From assembly GCA_030390025.1 (NCBI GenBank), contig CM059438.1, positions 54,686,001 through 54,750,000 of the forward strand: a DNA stretch of 64,000 nt, in the 5' to 3' direction. Shown here piece after piece: positions 29,215 through 41,038 of this stretch. Origin of the DNA: Squalus acanthias. Lineage: Eukaryota. The translations under genes and the position numbers were made by a program. Below the pieces are notes generated by a model, which searched no databases, was not told the origin of the DNA, and worked only from the letters and a program-made list of their open reading frames with translations. The first letter of the stretch is position 1. Every line of letters starts with the position of its first letter.

Positions 29215-30318
29215 AGTTGAGGATTGGTTAATGGACAGAAAACAGAGAGTAGGAATAAACGGGTCATTTTCGGGTTGGCAGGCTGTAACTAGTGGGGTAC
29301 CGCAAGGATCAGTGCTTGGGCCTCAGCTATTTACAATCTACATCAATGATTTGGATGAGGGGACCAAATGTAATATATCCAAGTTTGCTGATGATACAAA
29401 GCTGGGTGGGAATGTAAATTGTGAGAAGGATGCAAGGAGGCTTCAAGGGGAAATAGACAGGCTAAGTGAGTGGGCAAGAACATGGCAAATGGAATCTAAT
29501 GTGGAGAAATGTGAAGTTATCCACTTTGGTAGGAAAAATAGAAAAGCAGAGTATTTTTTAAATGGTGGGAGATTGGGAAATGTTGGTGTTCAGAGGGACC
29601 TGGGGGTCCTTGTACACGAATCACTGAAAGTTAACATGCAGGTACAGCAAGCAATTAGGAAAGCAAATGGTATGTTGGCCTTTATTATAAGAAGATTTGA
29701 GTATAAGAGTAAAGACATCTTACTACAATTATATAAGACCTTGGTGAGACCACACCTGGAGTATTGTGTACAGTTTTGGTCTCCTTACCTAAGAAAGGAT
29801 ATACTTGCCATCGAGGGAGTGCAACGAAGGTTCACCAGACTGATTTCTGGGATGGGGGGATTGTCCTATGAGGAGAGATTGAGTAGATTAGGCCTATATT
29901 CTCTAGAGTTTAGAAGAATAAGAGGTGATCTCATTGAAACATACAACATTATTACAGGGCTTGACAGAGTAGATGCAGGGAGGATGTTTCCCCTGGCTGG
30001 GGAGTCTAGAACCAGGGGTTACAGTCTCAGAATAAGGGGTCGGTCATTTAGGACTGAGATGAGGAGAAATTTCTTCACTCAGAGGGTGGTGAATCTTTGG
30101 AATTCTCTACCCCAGAGGCTGTGGAGGCTCAGTTGTTGAGTATATTCAAGACAGAGATCGATAGATTTTTGAATATTAAGGGAATCAAGGAATATGGCGA
30201 TAGTTCAGGAAAGTGGAGTTGAGGTAGAAGATCAGCCATAATCCTATTGAATGGCGGAGCAGGCTCGAAGGGCCAAATGGCCTACCCCTCCTCCTATTTC
30301 TTCTGTTCTTATGTTCTT
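29215..30318 (+). mobile_element. 5'-truncated CR1 LINE (RT C-terminal half, ORF 29231-30139) nested in an older CR1
   Basis: QGSVLGP and KFADDTKLG motifs, (TTCTTATG)n tail, and TSD AAAGG at 29210-29214 and 30319-30323. Confidence 0.92.
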
Positions 30319-30939
30319 AAAGGGTATTAAGGGATATGGAGCCAAGGTGGGTAAATGGAGTTCGGATACAGATTAGCCATGATTTCATTGAATGGCGGAA
30401 CAGGCTTGCGTGGCGGGATGGCCTACTTCTGTTCATATGTTTTCCAAAGTATTAGAGTGGGTGAATGCTGGGAACACTTGGAGTCACTATGGATGGCAGC
30501 TTGCTCTCCTCTGCCACTTAGGCTGTGCTGGTTGGTTGGGAGGGCCTGGGGAATTGCCATGGTCCCTGTATTGAATGCAAAATTGCTCCTGCCATCAGCA
30601 AATGATCCTGACAGCGAAGGCAGATAAATAGCCAAGCCACCATGATATACTCAACAGTGCTAGGCTCTGAGCATCAGACAAACAAGCATTTGAGAATAGA
30701 ACTAAAATACCAAGGGGGAGAAATTTGGTATCGCCCCGCTTGGGGCGCTATTATCGGCCGGGCGCAAAGTTTAGCGCCCGGCGCTAATTATCGCCTCCGA
30801 CTGCAAACTTGGCCTCTATCGCCCCTGGAGATGATTTGAGCGTTAAATCAGGCGCTACACACTGGTCTTAAGGCACTAACGTCGAGGAGCGAGGCGCTAC
30901 CTCAGAGCGCTACCGAAGCTCATGTGATGTCAGTTAGCA

Positions 30940-32799
30940 ATGGAACACAGACAGACTGGCGTTGGCCAGTTCTTAAAGGGGAGGGTCGATTTTGCTGTCC
31001 AGCCACACCCTGCTCATTGCAGCCTTGAATCTTGGCCTGGAGAGACCTGTATATCAATTGTGCTGGAACCACCAAGGCCCAGGGAAAGAGCTCAGCGCTT
31101 CAGCGACCGGGCCTTGGTGGCTCTGGTTGGCGCTGTGGAGCGGCGACGGGCACTGCTCTACCCACAGAGTGGCAGGAGGCCATTGCCCCGTGAATACAGA
31201 AGAGTCTGGAGGGAGGTGGCTCAGCACGTCTCCTCGAGGAGCCTGGTGCTGAGGACCCACACCCAATGTCGTAAGAAGTACAACGACCTCACTCGGGTGG
31301 TCAGGGTGAGTGGCTGCTTTTCAATATCTCTACATTCCTCCGTCTCAACTTCACTCGTTGCCCAGAGGGTTTAAAAACCCCAAATTCCCAACACTCATCC
31401 AAGACCTATGGCCATCTCATAAAACACACACACATTCCACACCTTGCATACATTAAGGGCTATTCAACTATGGGAGGCACATCAGGCAAGCACATAGCTG
31501 CACATTCACTCAGACGCCGTCCTTTTTCTTGCAGGCCAAGCTCTCTCATAACAGGCAGCAGCAGCAACGCACGGGAGGAGGACCGGCTGACCTACACACC
31601 CTCACCGATTTGGAGGCGCGCATGCACAGGATCGTTGCCAGCCAGGTCATAGGTGCCGTGGCCGCTGGAGAGGTCGACCCCGTTCGGGAGAGCAATGGTA
31701 AGTTCATCAGCTTTCTCTCCTCTCTCATTCCACTTGCCCCTCACAACACCAGCCTTTTACACTTTCAATCCAACTTACTAAATGTCTCCAGTCCTTGCTC
31801 CCTTACTGCCTCCCTGTCCTGACGCTAAAGCCACTCTTTTACCTCCCTGCTTTCAGGTAGTGAACCACCAGCTGACCAGCCTGTCCCTCAACCTACCAGT
31901 GGCAGCGACACCCCAGGCGAGGAGCTTATGCTGACACTGGGACCACGCCTTCCCTGGAGGGGAGCAGGGTGGTAGGGGCTGATGAGGGCGAAGCTCCGGG
32001 ACCCAGCGGGCTGCAGCAACGCCATGGGGGTATGGAAGCTCGGGGGCCAGCTCCCCGGAGGGCGAGTAGGCAAGCGAGTCCTGCTACACAGGACTCAGAT
32101 GAGGACCGGGCCATCGCGGCCATGAATAGCCAAGCCTTGAGCATGCACACTGAGCTCATGGGTGCAATGGCAAGGGTGCCCGAAAGCATGGATGGACTGG
32201 CTAGGAATGTGGAGGAGTCCGCTGCAGCACAGGCCGACGCAACGCAACGGCTTAGTGCTGCAATTCAGTCATTGGCTGGTGCCATCCAGTCTCAGACTGC
32301 TCTCATGCAGTCTCAGATTGATGTCACGCAAGCACTGACTGCTGCCATCGTCGCTGGGTCGGCCACATTGCCCTGGAGTTCTCATGGTGCCGCAGCAGGC
32401 CAGCAATCTGTGCTCGAGCAGATTGCTCTGGATGCTGAGGTTCTGCCCCGTGGGAGTGGCAGTGTGTCGGTCGAGCAGGAAGGTGCTGTCCTCTCTCAGG
32501 ATGACAGCATTCCTGCTCCCACCACTGGCACTTCCCCATTGCACTTGCCACGGCCTGCAACACAGCCAGCCTGGACTGCTGCCGCCCGTGCAGAGTTGGT
32601 GCAGTCTGCAGCCGGGGCCTCCAGGCCCAGAGCTGGTCGAGGGCGTCCTTCAAGGGCATCTGTAGTCTCAGCATCTGACATTCAGCAACCTTCCACCAGC
32701 CTTGCTACAGCCACTGGGGCCCCATTACGGAGGAGCAGTAGGGTGGGAAGGGGGGAAGTGCGCAGGGGATGGAGATCACCCTCGAAGGGCAAACAGTAG
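30940..32799 (+). pseudogene. Harbinger Myb/SANT-like DNA-binding protein gene, 3 exons (30940-31305, 31535-31697, 31857-32799), frameshift near 31930-31970
   Basis: RFSDRALVALV...VWREVAQHVS...RTHTQCRKKYNDL matches Myb/SANT-like (trihelix) domains. Donors are GTGAGT and GTAAGT; acceptors are ttgcag and tttcag. The exon-3 frame hits TAG while ORF 31969-32799 continues in another frame. Confidence 0.85.
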
Positions 32800-32817
32800 G
32801 AGGTCTAAATAAATGGT

Positions 32818-32924
32818 CATGATGTGGAGATGCCGGCGTTGGACTGGGGTGGACAAAAATGAGAAGTCGCACAACACCAGGTTATAGTCTGTTGGACTAT
32901 AACCTGGTGTTGTGCGACTTCTCA
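32818..32924. mobile_element. Small insertion with a perfect 31-bp inverted repeat (probable Penelope-like terminus remnant), 12-bp TSD
   Basis: Arms at 32859-32889 and 32895-32925 with loop TGTTG; TAAATAAATGGT duplicated at 32806-32817 and 32925-32936. Confidence 0.75.
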
Positions 32925-33230
32925 TAAATAAATGGTGGGAATGTTTGTAGTAAAGGTCGAAGTTCATGTGATTATATTTATTTACTGTTTTGCCGTTTAT
33001 CTCCATCTTGTGACAACCAGTTCTGTTAGTTCATGATTTGTTGTGTTTGTTTCTAGTTGTTTGTCCTGAATAAATGACGCACACAGAGTTTGTTAAAGAA
33101 AAAAGTTGTTGTATTCAAAATTTACATTTTTGGCCTTTGGAATCATTCCAGCTTTGGCCGGCAATAGGGGGTGCGGGTTGCTTTCCATGATGTTGTTCTC
33201 CATGCCAGAAGTCATCTTCTGAGTAGGGGC

Positions 33231-34396
33231 CTAGAAGCGGCTTCTTATCAGCCGTTCACGGACGGCCCTTGCACTGGCAACATTGTGGGCCTCCCTCCCA
33301 CCTTGGTGCTGCTGCTGATAATCCTCCTCATCCCCCTCCTCCTCTTCCTCCTCCTCTTCCTCAGGTGGTGCACCAATCCCTGGTGGCATTGGCTGGGTCC
33401 TCAGGATTGCCAGGTTGTGAAGCATGCAGCACACAACTATGAAGAGGGAGACTCGCTCAGGAGAGTACTGCAGAGCTCCTCCTGAGTGGTCCAGACAGCG
33501 GAACCGTTGCTTCAGCACGCCGATCGTCTGCTCAATGAGGTTCCTGGTGGCGATATGGCTCTCATTATACCGCAGCTCAGCAGGGGTGTTGGGGTTACGG
33601 AGTGGTGTCATCAGCCAGGTGCAGAGTGGATAACCTTTGTCCCCGAGGAGCCAACCACTTGGGTGATGCGGTGCCTGGAAAAGGTCTGGCTCACCAGTCT
33701 GGCGCAGGATGAAAGCATCGTGGCTGCTGCCAGGATAGCGGGCATTGACGGCGAGTATCAGCTGTGTGTGGTCACAGACCAACTGCACATTTAAGGAGTG
33801 GTAGCCCTTGCGGTTTCGGAATACCTCTGCATTTTCATGCGGTGCCCACAATGCCACATGCGTGCAGTCAATGGCGCCCTGCACCATGGGGAAGCCCGCT
33901 ATCCTCGCAAAGCCACATGCGCATTCATGCTGTTTGGCCCGGGTCATGGGGAAAGAGATGTACTGGCGTCTCCTTTTATACAGGGCATTTGTCACCTCCC
34001 GGATACAACAATGGACAGCGAACTGGGAGATATTGGCCATGTCCCCAGTAGATGATTGAAAGGAGCCGCTGGCATAAAAATTCAGGGCCACTGTCACCTT
34101 CACTGCCACCGACAGAGACGTCCTGGTCCTCAGTTGAGGCTGCAGATCTGGTTTTTAGCAGGTGGCAGAGCTCAGTGACCACCTCCTTGCTGAAGCGCAG
34201 CCTGCGCAAACACTGCTCCTCAGACAAATGAAGATATGAGAACTGCTCCCTGAATACCCTGGGAGGTAAGGTCTCCTGTGCAGAGGCCTGTTGGCCCTCC
34301 TCCCTCTGGCCATGATTGCCACTCTCTCTCTCTGCGCCTCTGCTGCCTCCGATTCTGCAGGTGCAGGACGACGCCCCGAATCAGTGCAGCCCCCAT
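33231..34396 (-). pseudogene. Harbinger (HARBI1-like) DDE transposase; core open (33231-34109), N-terminus frameshifted
   Basis: GAIDCTHV, RKGYHSLNVQLVCD, YPGSSHDAFIL, LLGDKGYPL, YNESHIATRNLIEQTIGVLKQRFRCL and an acidic tail. N-terminal pieces (MGAALIRG, RRPY, EEQCLRRLRFSK) are in different frames. Confidence 0.93.
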
Positions 34397-34971
34397 AGTC
34401 TCTTCTAAATTGCTGCAATGAAGGTCAAATGAAAATGGACCTGCAAAGTGCTGCTCAGTACCCAAAACTCCTTCACACAGTGTTGTATCTCTCCAGAAGT
34501 CTCTCTCTCTCTCAATGTGTGGTGCAAAAATGTCGCCGACAAAAAAAGGCAGGAAACGGCCGCCTTTAAATAGCACTCCCCCAGCCCCTTCCCAACTGCA
34601 AAACGTTCCCCTCTACCTGTCGTTGCTAGCGGCAGGCGGAAAGGCAGGGGGCGCGACTCAATATCCGGTCCGGGGCGTTGCACGCTCGACTGACGTGACG
34701 ATCTGCGGGCGCAGGAGATCATGGCGGTAGAGTTTAACGCAGCCGCAAAATGTCTGGTCAATTTCGCGAGCGGCACAAACGTCACCGCGCTCGGGCGCTA
34801 GTTGCTTTGCGCCCCATTAGCGCCCGAAGAGGCCGCTAACGGGAGGCGCTAATCAACCAAATTTTTCCCCCAAGACTACAAAGAAGACTAGGATAAGGCA
34901 TGACAATACACGCAAATGTAGTTCTGGTATGTGAACTAAAGTTATGCAACTTAAAATGATTCAGAGTTCAC

Positions 34972-35190
34972 CTGTTTCCACATAATATGCTACAAATTTG
35001 CAAAACAAAATCTAGTTCAACTGGAAAATCTTCATTGTGATAAGAATCATGCTTCAGAATTGGACCATGTCGAGAAAGACAGACATTCATACTGATACTT
35101 GTCAGGCTAAACAACAAACAAAGTTCTCTGGGCCTTATTCTAAGACCATTCATTGTAAGAATATTTGATGCATTGCTCCTTCTCTCCTTC
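34972..35190 (-). CDS. Host gene exon C (219 nt, phase 2-2): KERRSNASNILTMNGLRIRPRELCLLFSLTSISMNVCLSRHGPILKHDSYHNEDFPVELDFVLQICSILCGN
   Basis: Acceptor ctttttgcAG, donor CAG|GTgaac, stop-free, lies in unique sequence, and phase matches exon B. Confidence 0.75.
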
Positions 35191-35345
35191 CTGCAAAAAG
35201 CATGAAGCCAATAATGGAATCCATCAATTAAATCAATAGTGCTATTGCTGCTTAGGCACTGGTGCCTATATTATTATCCTCAGAGGCCTACTTAGTGCTC
35301 AGTGTGCACCGCATTTGACTGTGGGTTGGAGGTGCTTACAGCCTG

Positions 35346-36017
35346 TAGAATCATACAGCACAGAAGAAGACCATTCGGCCCAAAGTGATCCAATTAGTCC
35401 TACTCCTCTGCTCTTTCTCCATAACCCTGCAAATGTTTCTTTTTCAAATATATATCCAATTCCCTTTCGAAAGTTACTATTGAATGTGCTTCCACCACCC
35501 TTTCAGACAGTGAATTCCAGATCTTAACAACTTGCTGCATAAAATAATTTCTCTTCATCTCCCCTCTGGTTCTTTTGACAATTATCTTAAATCTGTATCA
35601 GGTTACTGACCCTCCTGTCAGTCGAAACAGTTTCTCCTTATTTACTCTATCAAAACAGTTCATAAGTTTGAACATTTCTATTAAATCTCCCCTTAACCTA
35701 CTCTGCTCTAAGGAGAACAACCTCAGCTTCTCTAGTCTCTCCACATATCTGAAGTCCCTCATCCCTGGTTTCATTCTAATAAATCTCCTCTCCACCCTCT
35801 CTAAGGCCTTTACATCCTTCCTAAAGTGTGGTGCCTAGAATTGGACACAATACCCCAGCTGAGGCCTAATCAGTGATTTGTAATGATTTAGCATAACTTC
35901 CTTGCTTTTGTACTCTATACTTCTATTTATAAAACCCAGGTTCCCGTATGCTTTTTTAACAGCCTTATCAACTTGTCCTGCCACCTTCAAAGTGTATGTG
36001 AACTCCAGGTCTTTCTG
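35346..36017 (-). mobile_element. CR1 LINE 3' part
   Basis: LIRPQLGYCVQF and LEKLRLFSLEQSRLRGDL (ORFs 35598-35795, 35835-36140); tail at the left end. Confidence 0.88.
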
Positions 36018-37465
36018 AAGAGGAGATATATTAAATAAACTAATCAAACTCAAAGAGGATAAAACCCCTTGTCCGGACAGATTACATCCGCGCATTTTAA
36101 AAGAATCTAGGGAAGAGATAGTAGAGGCATTACTCCACATATTTAATAATTCATTAGAAAAGGGTGTAGTGCCAGAGGACTGGCGGATAGCTAACGTAAT
36201 ACCGATATTTAAGAAGGGAGATAGAACATGACCAGGGAACTATAGGCCAGTCAGCTTAACATCGGTGGTAGGAAAAATAATGGAATTCCTACTAAAGGAG
36301 AGAATAGAAGAACATCTAGAAACCAAGAATATAATAATGAATAGTCAGCATGAATTTCAAAAGGGAAAGTCTTGCTTGACCAACTTCAATGAATTTTTTG
36401 AAGAGGTAACAGAGAGAGTAGACAAGGGTAATGCAGTAGATGTAATTCATCTAGATTTTCAAAAGGCCTTCGATAAGGTACCACATAATAGACTAATGAA
36501 TAAGGTCAGGGAATGCGAAGTCAGGGGACAAGTAGCAGAATGGATTGCTGGCTGGCTTCAAGACAGAAAGCAGAGAGTAGGGGTAAAGGGGAGCTATTCA
36601 CAGTGGCAGAAGATGGGAAGTGTTGTTCCACAAGGATCAGTGCCGGGAGCACTATTGTTCACAATTTATATTAACGATTTAGACTTTGGAATCAAAAACA
36701 CAATTTCTAAATTTGTGGATGACACCAAATTGGAGAGATAGTCAACACTGAGGAGGACTGCAACAAGTTACAGGAAGACATTAATAAACTTGCAGAATGG
36801 GCATAGAATTGGCAAATGAATTTGCTCCTCCGTCACGATGAATGTTGTATATTTGGACTTTCAGACGGTGTTTGAGAAGGTACTACGCAGGATACTATGA
36901 GAGAAAATTAACAGATAAGGAATTAGGGGAAGGGCAGCAAATATAATTAAAAACTGGTTAGAAGAGAGGAAACAAAGGGTGGGACTCGAGGGCAGTTTCT
37001 CAGACCGGTTGGAAATGGGTAGGGGTGGCCCACAGGGTTCTGTTCTGAAGCTACTTCTGTTCACTGTACATCAATGATTTGGATATCGAGCTAGAGAGAG
37101 TGGTGTCCACATTTGCAGACAATACTAGAATAGGAGACATAGTAAATATTTCTGAGGATTACAGGAAGCTGCAAAGGGATCTTAAATAGATGGTGAATGG
37201 GCTAAAAGTGGCAGATAGAATTCTTATGTTCTTATGGCATTCAATGTCAGTAAATGTGAGGTGGTACATTTTGGTTAAAAAATTACTTTGAATGGGGAAA
37301 GCTGTGGAAGAGCAGAGGGATTTGGGGTCTCAGGTTCACAAGACATTAAAAGCAGCACCTCAAGTGGATAAGGCCACAATAAAAACAATGGAATATTGGG
37401 TTTTATGGCAAGAGGTAATTAATAAAGTAGTCAAAATATAATAGTGAATCTATATAAAACACAAT
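36018..37465 (+). mobile_element. Decayed CR1 RT fragments (36018-36822 and an older piece ~36840-37465)
   Basis: HLDFQKAFDKVPH, QGSVPG and KFVDDTKL (36265-36741); a second, more degenerate copy of the same RT region follows. Confidence 0.82.
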
Positions 37466-37466
37466 A

Positions 37467-39189
37467 TGGGCCCAATAATAACCCAGAGGCAGGTTCTGAG
37501 TGGGCTGGGGGCGATAGTGGGTGCGAATCCAGGATGAAGCTTTGCCACGTTGGAATGTCCAATTTCAACATGTATACCTGATTATCATTTTACTTCTGGG
37601 TTTCTCCTCTCCAATGTGGGTCAGTGGGTGTGATGCGCACCTATTTAAAGGGCCAACTCAAAGATGGAACTTGGAGGAGTTGGGAGGTATTGCAAAGAGA
37701 TGGCAAACTTGCAAGATGGCCTTGGGACGTTCAAAGTCTGCGCCCCGTTTTAACGACTAATCACTTGATGTACTGCTGGGTGCAGGAAGAAGATTATCTT
37801 CTCCAGGAATAACAGGAAGAAATTTGCTGCTGTCACAAAGAAGGCGTGATTAGAGGTGACTAAGGAGGTCACCAGCACGAGTATTGTGCCCCGTACCTGG
37901 ATTCAATGCAGAAAGCAATTTAATAACCTAACCAAGTCATGAAAGGTGAGTACGGTTGCAGATTGACCTACATCCTGTAGTGCACTCCCCCCCGCCTGCC
38001 CCCCCCAATTCTGCCTTGTCAAGTATACTCCATCACATCACTCCTCACAGTCACTTAAGTTTGAAGAGCACCCTTTGTTCACTTTCTATGCACTTCCTCA
38101 CCTCCCCATTTATCCATTCACCACTGCCACTCACCCCAGTCCTTATGCAATGCAATGTGATAGTCACCTTCACCGAAAGCACTGCATCCATCGGGTGCAG
38201 ACATGCCTTACAAACACTCATAGTTCTGTCATGCCCCCATTGCAGGAGAAGTGAGCACAAAACACAAGGAGAGGACCAGAGGTAGCCCGGCACAGATAGT
38301 GCAGCTGACATCATCAGAGGAAGAGGCATATCTATGTCCCGGACCATCAGAGATGGAGAGACTGGGACTTAGCAGCTGCCCGATGACAGAATTAAAAATC
38401 TCCGAATCACATCTCATACAAGACTGAGTCAGGTTGAATGGGAGTGAAATATGATCAATTTAAGTTTGCAAAGTAGCAAGGTACTAATTCACATCCGTCT
38501 CTTCTCTCCTCCAGGGCTTTTTGTGAACTTTCCAGACAACGATTCCTCAGAGGAGCTGTTTCCTTCTGAGGGTGCACCATCACAGGACTTAAGCTTACCA
38601 GGCACCAGCACAGATACACACACTTTGGTGGGTCCTGTTGGGCAGTTGGGTGGCATCTCACCTGGTGACTCACAGTTCACAAGCGAGTATGAGCAGAGAG
38701 TGGTGGCAGGGACAGCTGGAGAGAGTCCTCAGTCCTCTCCAAGCACTGCTCACTGGGACACAGATGCTGAACCCTGGGGGTCATCGATGAAAAGGATAAT
38801 TATAGAGGGACAGCAATAAATCTGCGAGATACTGGCAGTCCTGCCACGCACACTTTTCACAATAGCAGAGATAATGGAGGAGTCCAGCTCAAGCATAAGT
38901 GGATTGATGTCGCAGCCATTGCAAGAATATCTTCTTCCATAGATAGACTGGCTTCCTCTGTGGAAATGAACTCGTCGCTATCAAATGAGTCCATGCAGGC
39001 AATGACCGCACCCATGAAGACTTTGGATGCCATCATGTCTGCCACATTAAAAAGGATGACAGATACCTTAGCTGTGGTTTTGCAATGTGTCACTGATCTG
39101 CACCAACTGCTCCCCCACAGAGTGGTAGGAGTGATGTGCCACTGGCCCAGGAGAGGGATGATGACGAAAGGGGACATGCGTCAGCAATG
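37467..39189 (+). mobile_element. Degenerate Harbinger left part with decayed Myb/SANT-like gene
   Basis: QCRKQFNNLTK followed by a GTGAGT donor near 37945 matches the exon-1 end of the intact copy; acceptors at ~38245 and ~38514; boundaries approximate. Confidence 0.7.
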
Positions 39190-40009
39190 GAAAAACAGCC
39201 GTTCACCAAAACTCTGTTTTCTATCCCTCAGCCAATTTTGTATCCGTGCTGCTACTGCCCCTTTTATCCCATGGGCTTCAATTTTGCTAACAAGCCTAAT
39301 ATGTGGTGCTTTATCAAACGCCTTTTGAAAGTCCATATACACAACATCAACTGCACTGCCCTCATCCACCCTCTCCGTTACCTCATCAGAAAACTCAATC
39401 AAGTTAGTCAAACATGATTTGGCTTTAACAAATCCGTGCTGGCTCTCCTTTATTAGTGCATGCTTGTCCAAGTGACTGTTAATTTTCTCCTGGATTATTG
39501 TTTCTAAAAGCTTCCCCACCACCGACGTTAAACTGACTGGCCTGTAGTTGCCTGGTTTATCCTTCTCCCCTTTTTTGAACAAGGGTGTAACATTTGCAAT
39601 CCTCCAGTCCTTTGGCATCACCCCTGTATCTAAGGAGGATTGGACTATTGTGGCTAGCACCTCTGTAATTTCTACCCTTGCTTCCCTCAGAAACCTAGGA
39701 TGCATCCCATCCGGACCGGGTGGCTAATCTACTTTAAATACTGCCCGCCTGTCTAGTACCTTCTCTTTATCTATTTTTATCTCATCCAGTATCCCAACAA
39801 CCTCCTTGTTTACCGTAGCTTTGGCAAAGTCCTCTTCCTTGGTAAACACTGATGCAAAGTACTCATTTAGTACCTGAGCCATGCCTTCTGCCTCCACCAA
39901 TAGATCTCCATTTTGGTCCCTAATTGGCTCCACCACTCCTCTGACAACCCTTTTACTGTTGATATGCCTATAGAAAACCTTTTGGAATCCCTTTTATGTC
40001 AGACGCCAA

Positions 40010-40325
40010 TCCAAAAAAGAAAGACTTGCATTTATACAGTGCCTTTCACGACCTCAGGACATCCCAAAGCGCTTTACAGCCAATTAAGTACTTTTGAAGT
40101 GTAGTAATGTAGGAAACACAGCAGCCAATTTGTGCACAGCAAGCTCCCACAAACAGCAATGTGATAATGACCAGATAATCTGTTTTTGATGATGTTGATT
40201 GAGGGATAAATATTGGCTAGGACACCAGGAAGAACTCCCTTGCTCTTCTTCGAAATAGTGCCATGGGATCTTTTACATCCACCTGAGAGGGCAGACGGGG
40301 CCTCTGTTTAATGTCTCATCCAAAA
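40010..40325 (-). mobile_element. 5'-truncated Deu-domain SINE (SacSINE1/AmnSINE1-like)
   Basis: Minus strand reads GATGAGACATTAAACAGAGGCCCCGTCTGCCCTCTCAGGTGGATGTAAAAGATCCCATGGCAC, with an L2-type tail ATAAATGCAAGTCTTTC; homologous to 52855-53312. Family name is from recall. Confidence 0.75.
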
Positions 40326-41038
40326 ATCTTCTCTCGTACTGTCGCTTTGCCCCTATTATTTCCTTTTTCACTTCTCCTCTGTACTTTTTATATTCAGCCT
40401 GATTCTCCGTTGTATTATCAAGCTGACATCTGTCATACGCCTCCTTTTACTACCTCATCTTACTCTCTCACTCCTTCGTCATCCAGGGAGCTCTGGCTTT
40501 GGTTGCCCTACCTTTCCCCTTTGTGGGAATGTACCTAGACTGTAGCCGGAGCATCTCCTCTTTTAAGGTGGCCCATTGCTCCATTATATTTCTGCCTGCC
40601 AGTCTTTGACTCCAGTTTACCCGGGCCAGATCCCTCCTCAGTTCACTGAAATTAGCCCTCCAGTTAAGTATTTTATTCTAGATTGCTCCTTATCCTTCTT
40701 TATAACTAATCTAAACCTTATGATACTATGATCACTATACTTGAGATGCTCCCCCACTGTGACATTCTCCACTTGACTTACTTTATTCCCTAGGACTAGA
40801 TCCAACAATGCCTCCTTCCTCTTTGGGCAGGAAATATACTGATCAAGAAAATTCTCCTGAACACACTTCAGAAATTCCTCCCCTTCTCTGCCCTTATCAC
40901 TGCCCCGTTCAATATTGGGATAGTTAAAGTCTCCCATTATCACTACTCTATAGTTGATGCACCTCTCAGTAATTTCCTTGCAAATCTGTTCCTCTATCTC
41001 CTTCCCACTATTTGGTGGCCTATAAAATACTCCAAGTA

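Larger units (their letters stand above)
28335..30440 (+). mobile_element. Old, internally deleted CR1 LINE hosting later insertions
   Basis: DKSPGP-like start, LVRPYLQYCVQFWSPHLRKD (28678-28962), and a 3' UTR that resumes at 30319 and ends in a TTCATATGTT-like tail. Confidence 0.8.
30714..34871. mobile_element. Full-length PIF/Harbinger DNA transposon (convergent Myb/SANT-like gene and DDE transposase)
   Basis: TIRs GGGGGAGAAATTTGGT / ACCAAATTTTTCCCCC, 3-bp TSD (CAA or AAG depending on how the G-run is assigned), many subterminal GGCGCTA/TAGCGCC motifs, and two convergent genes. Confidence 0.95.

Noticed and set aside
30440..30710. Further host exon in this unique island
   Set aside because: The two best minus-strand acceptors give a stop within a few codons in the required phase, and there is no good donor.
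33231..34109. Domesticated HARBI1 host gene
   Set aside because: It lies within TIRs with a TSD and a partner Myb-like gene, and its N-terminus is frameshifted, so it is a transposon copy.
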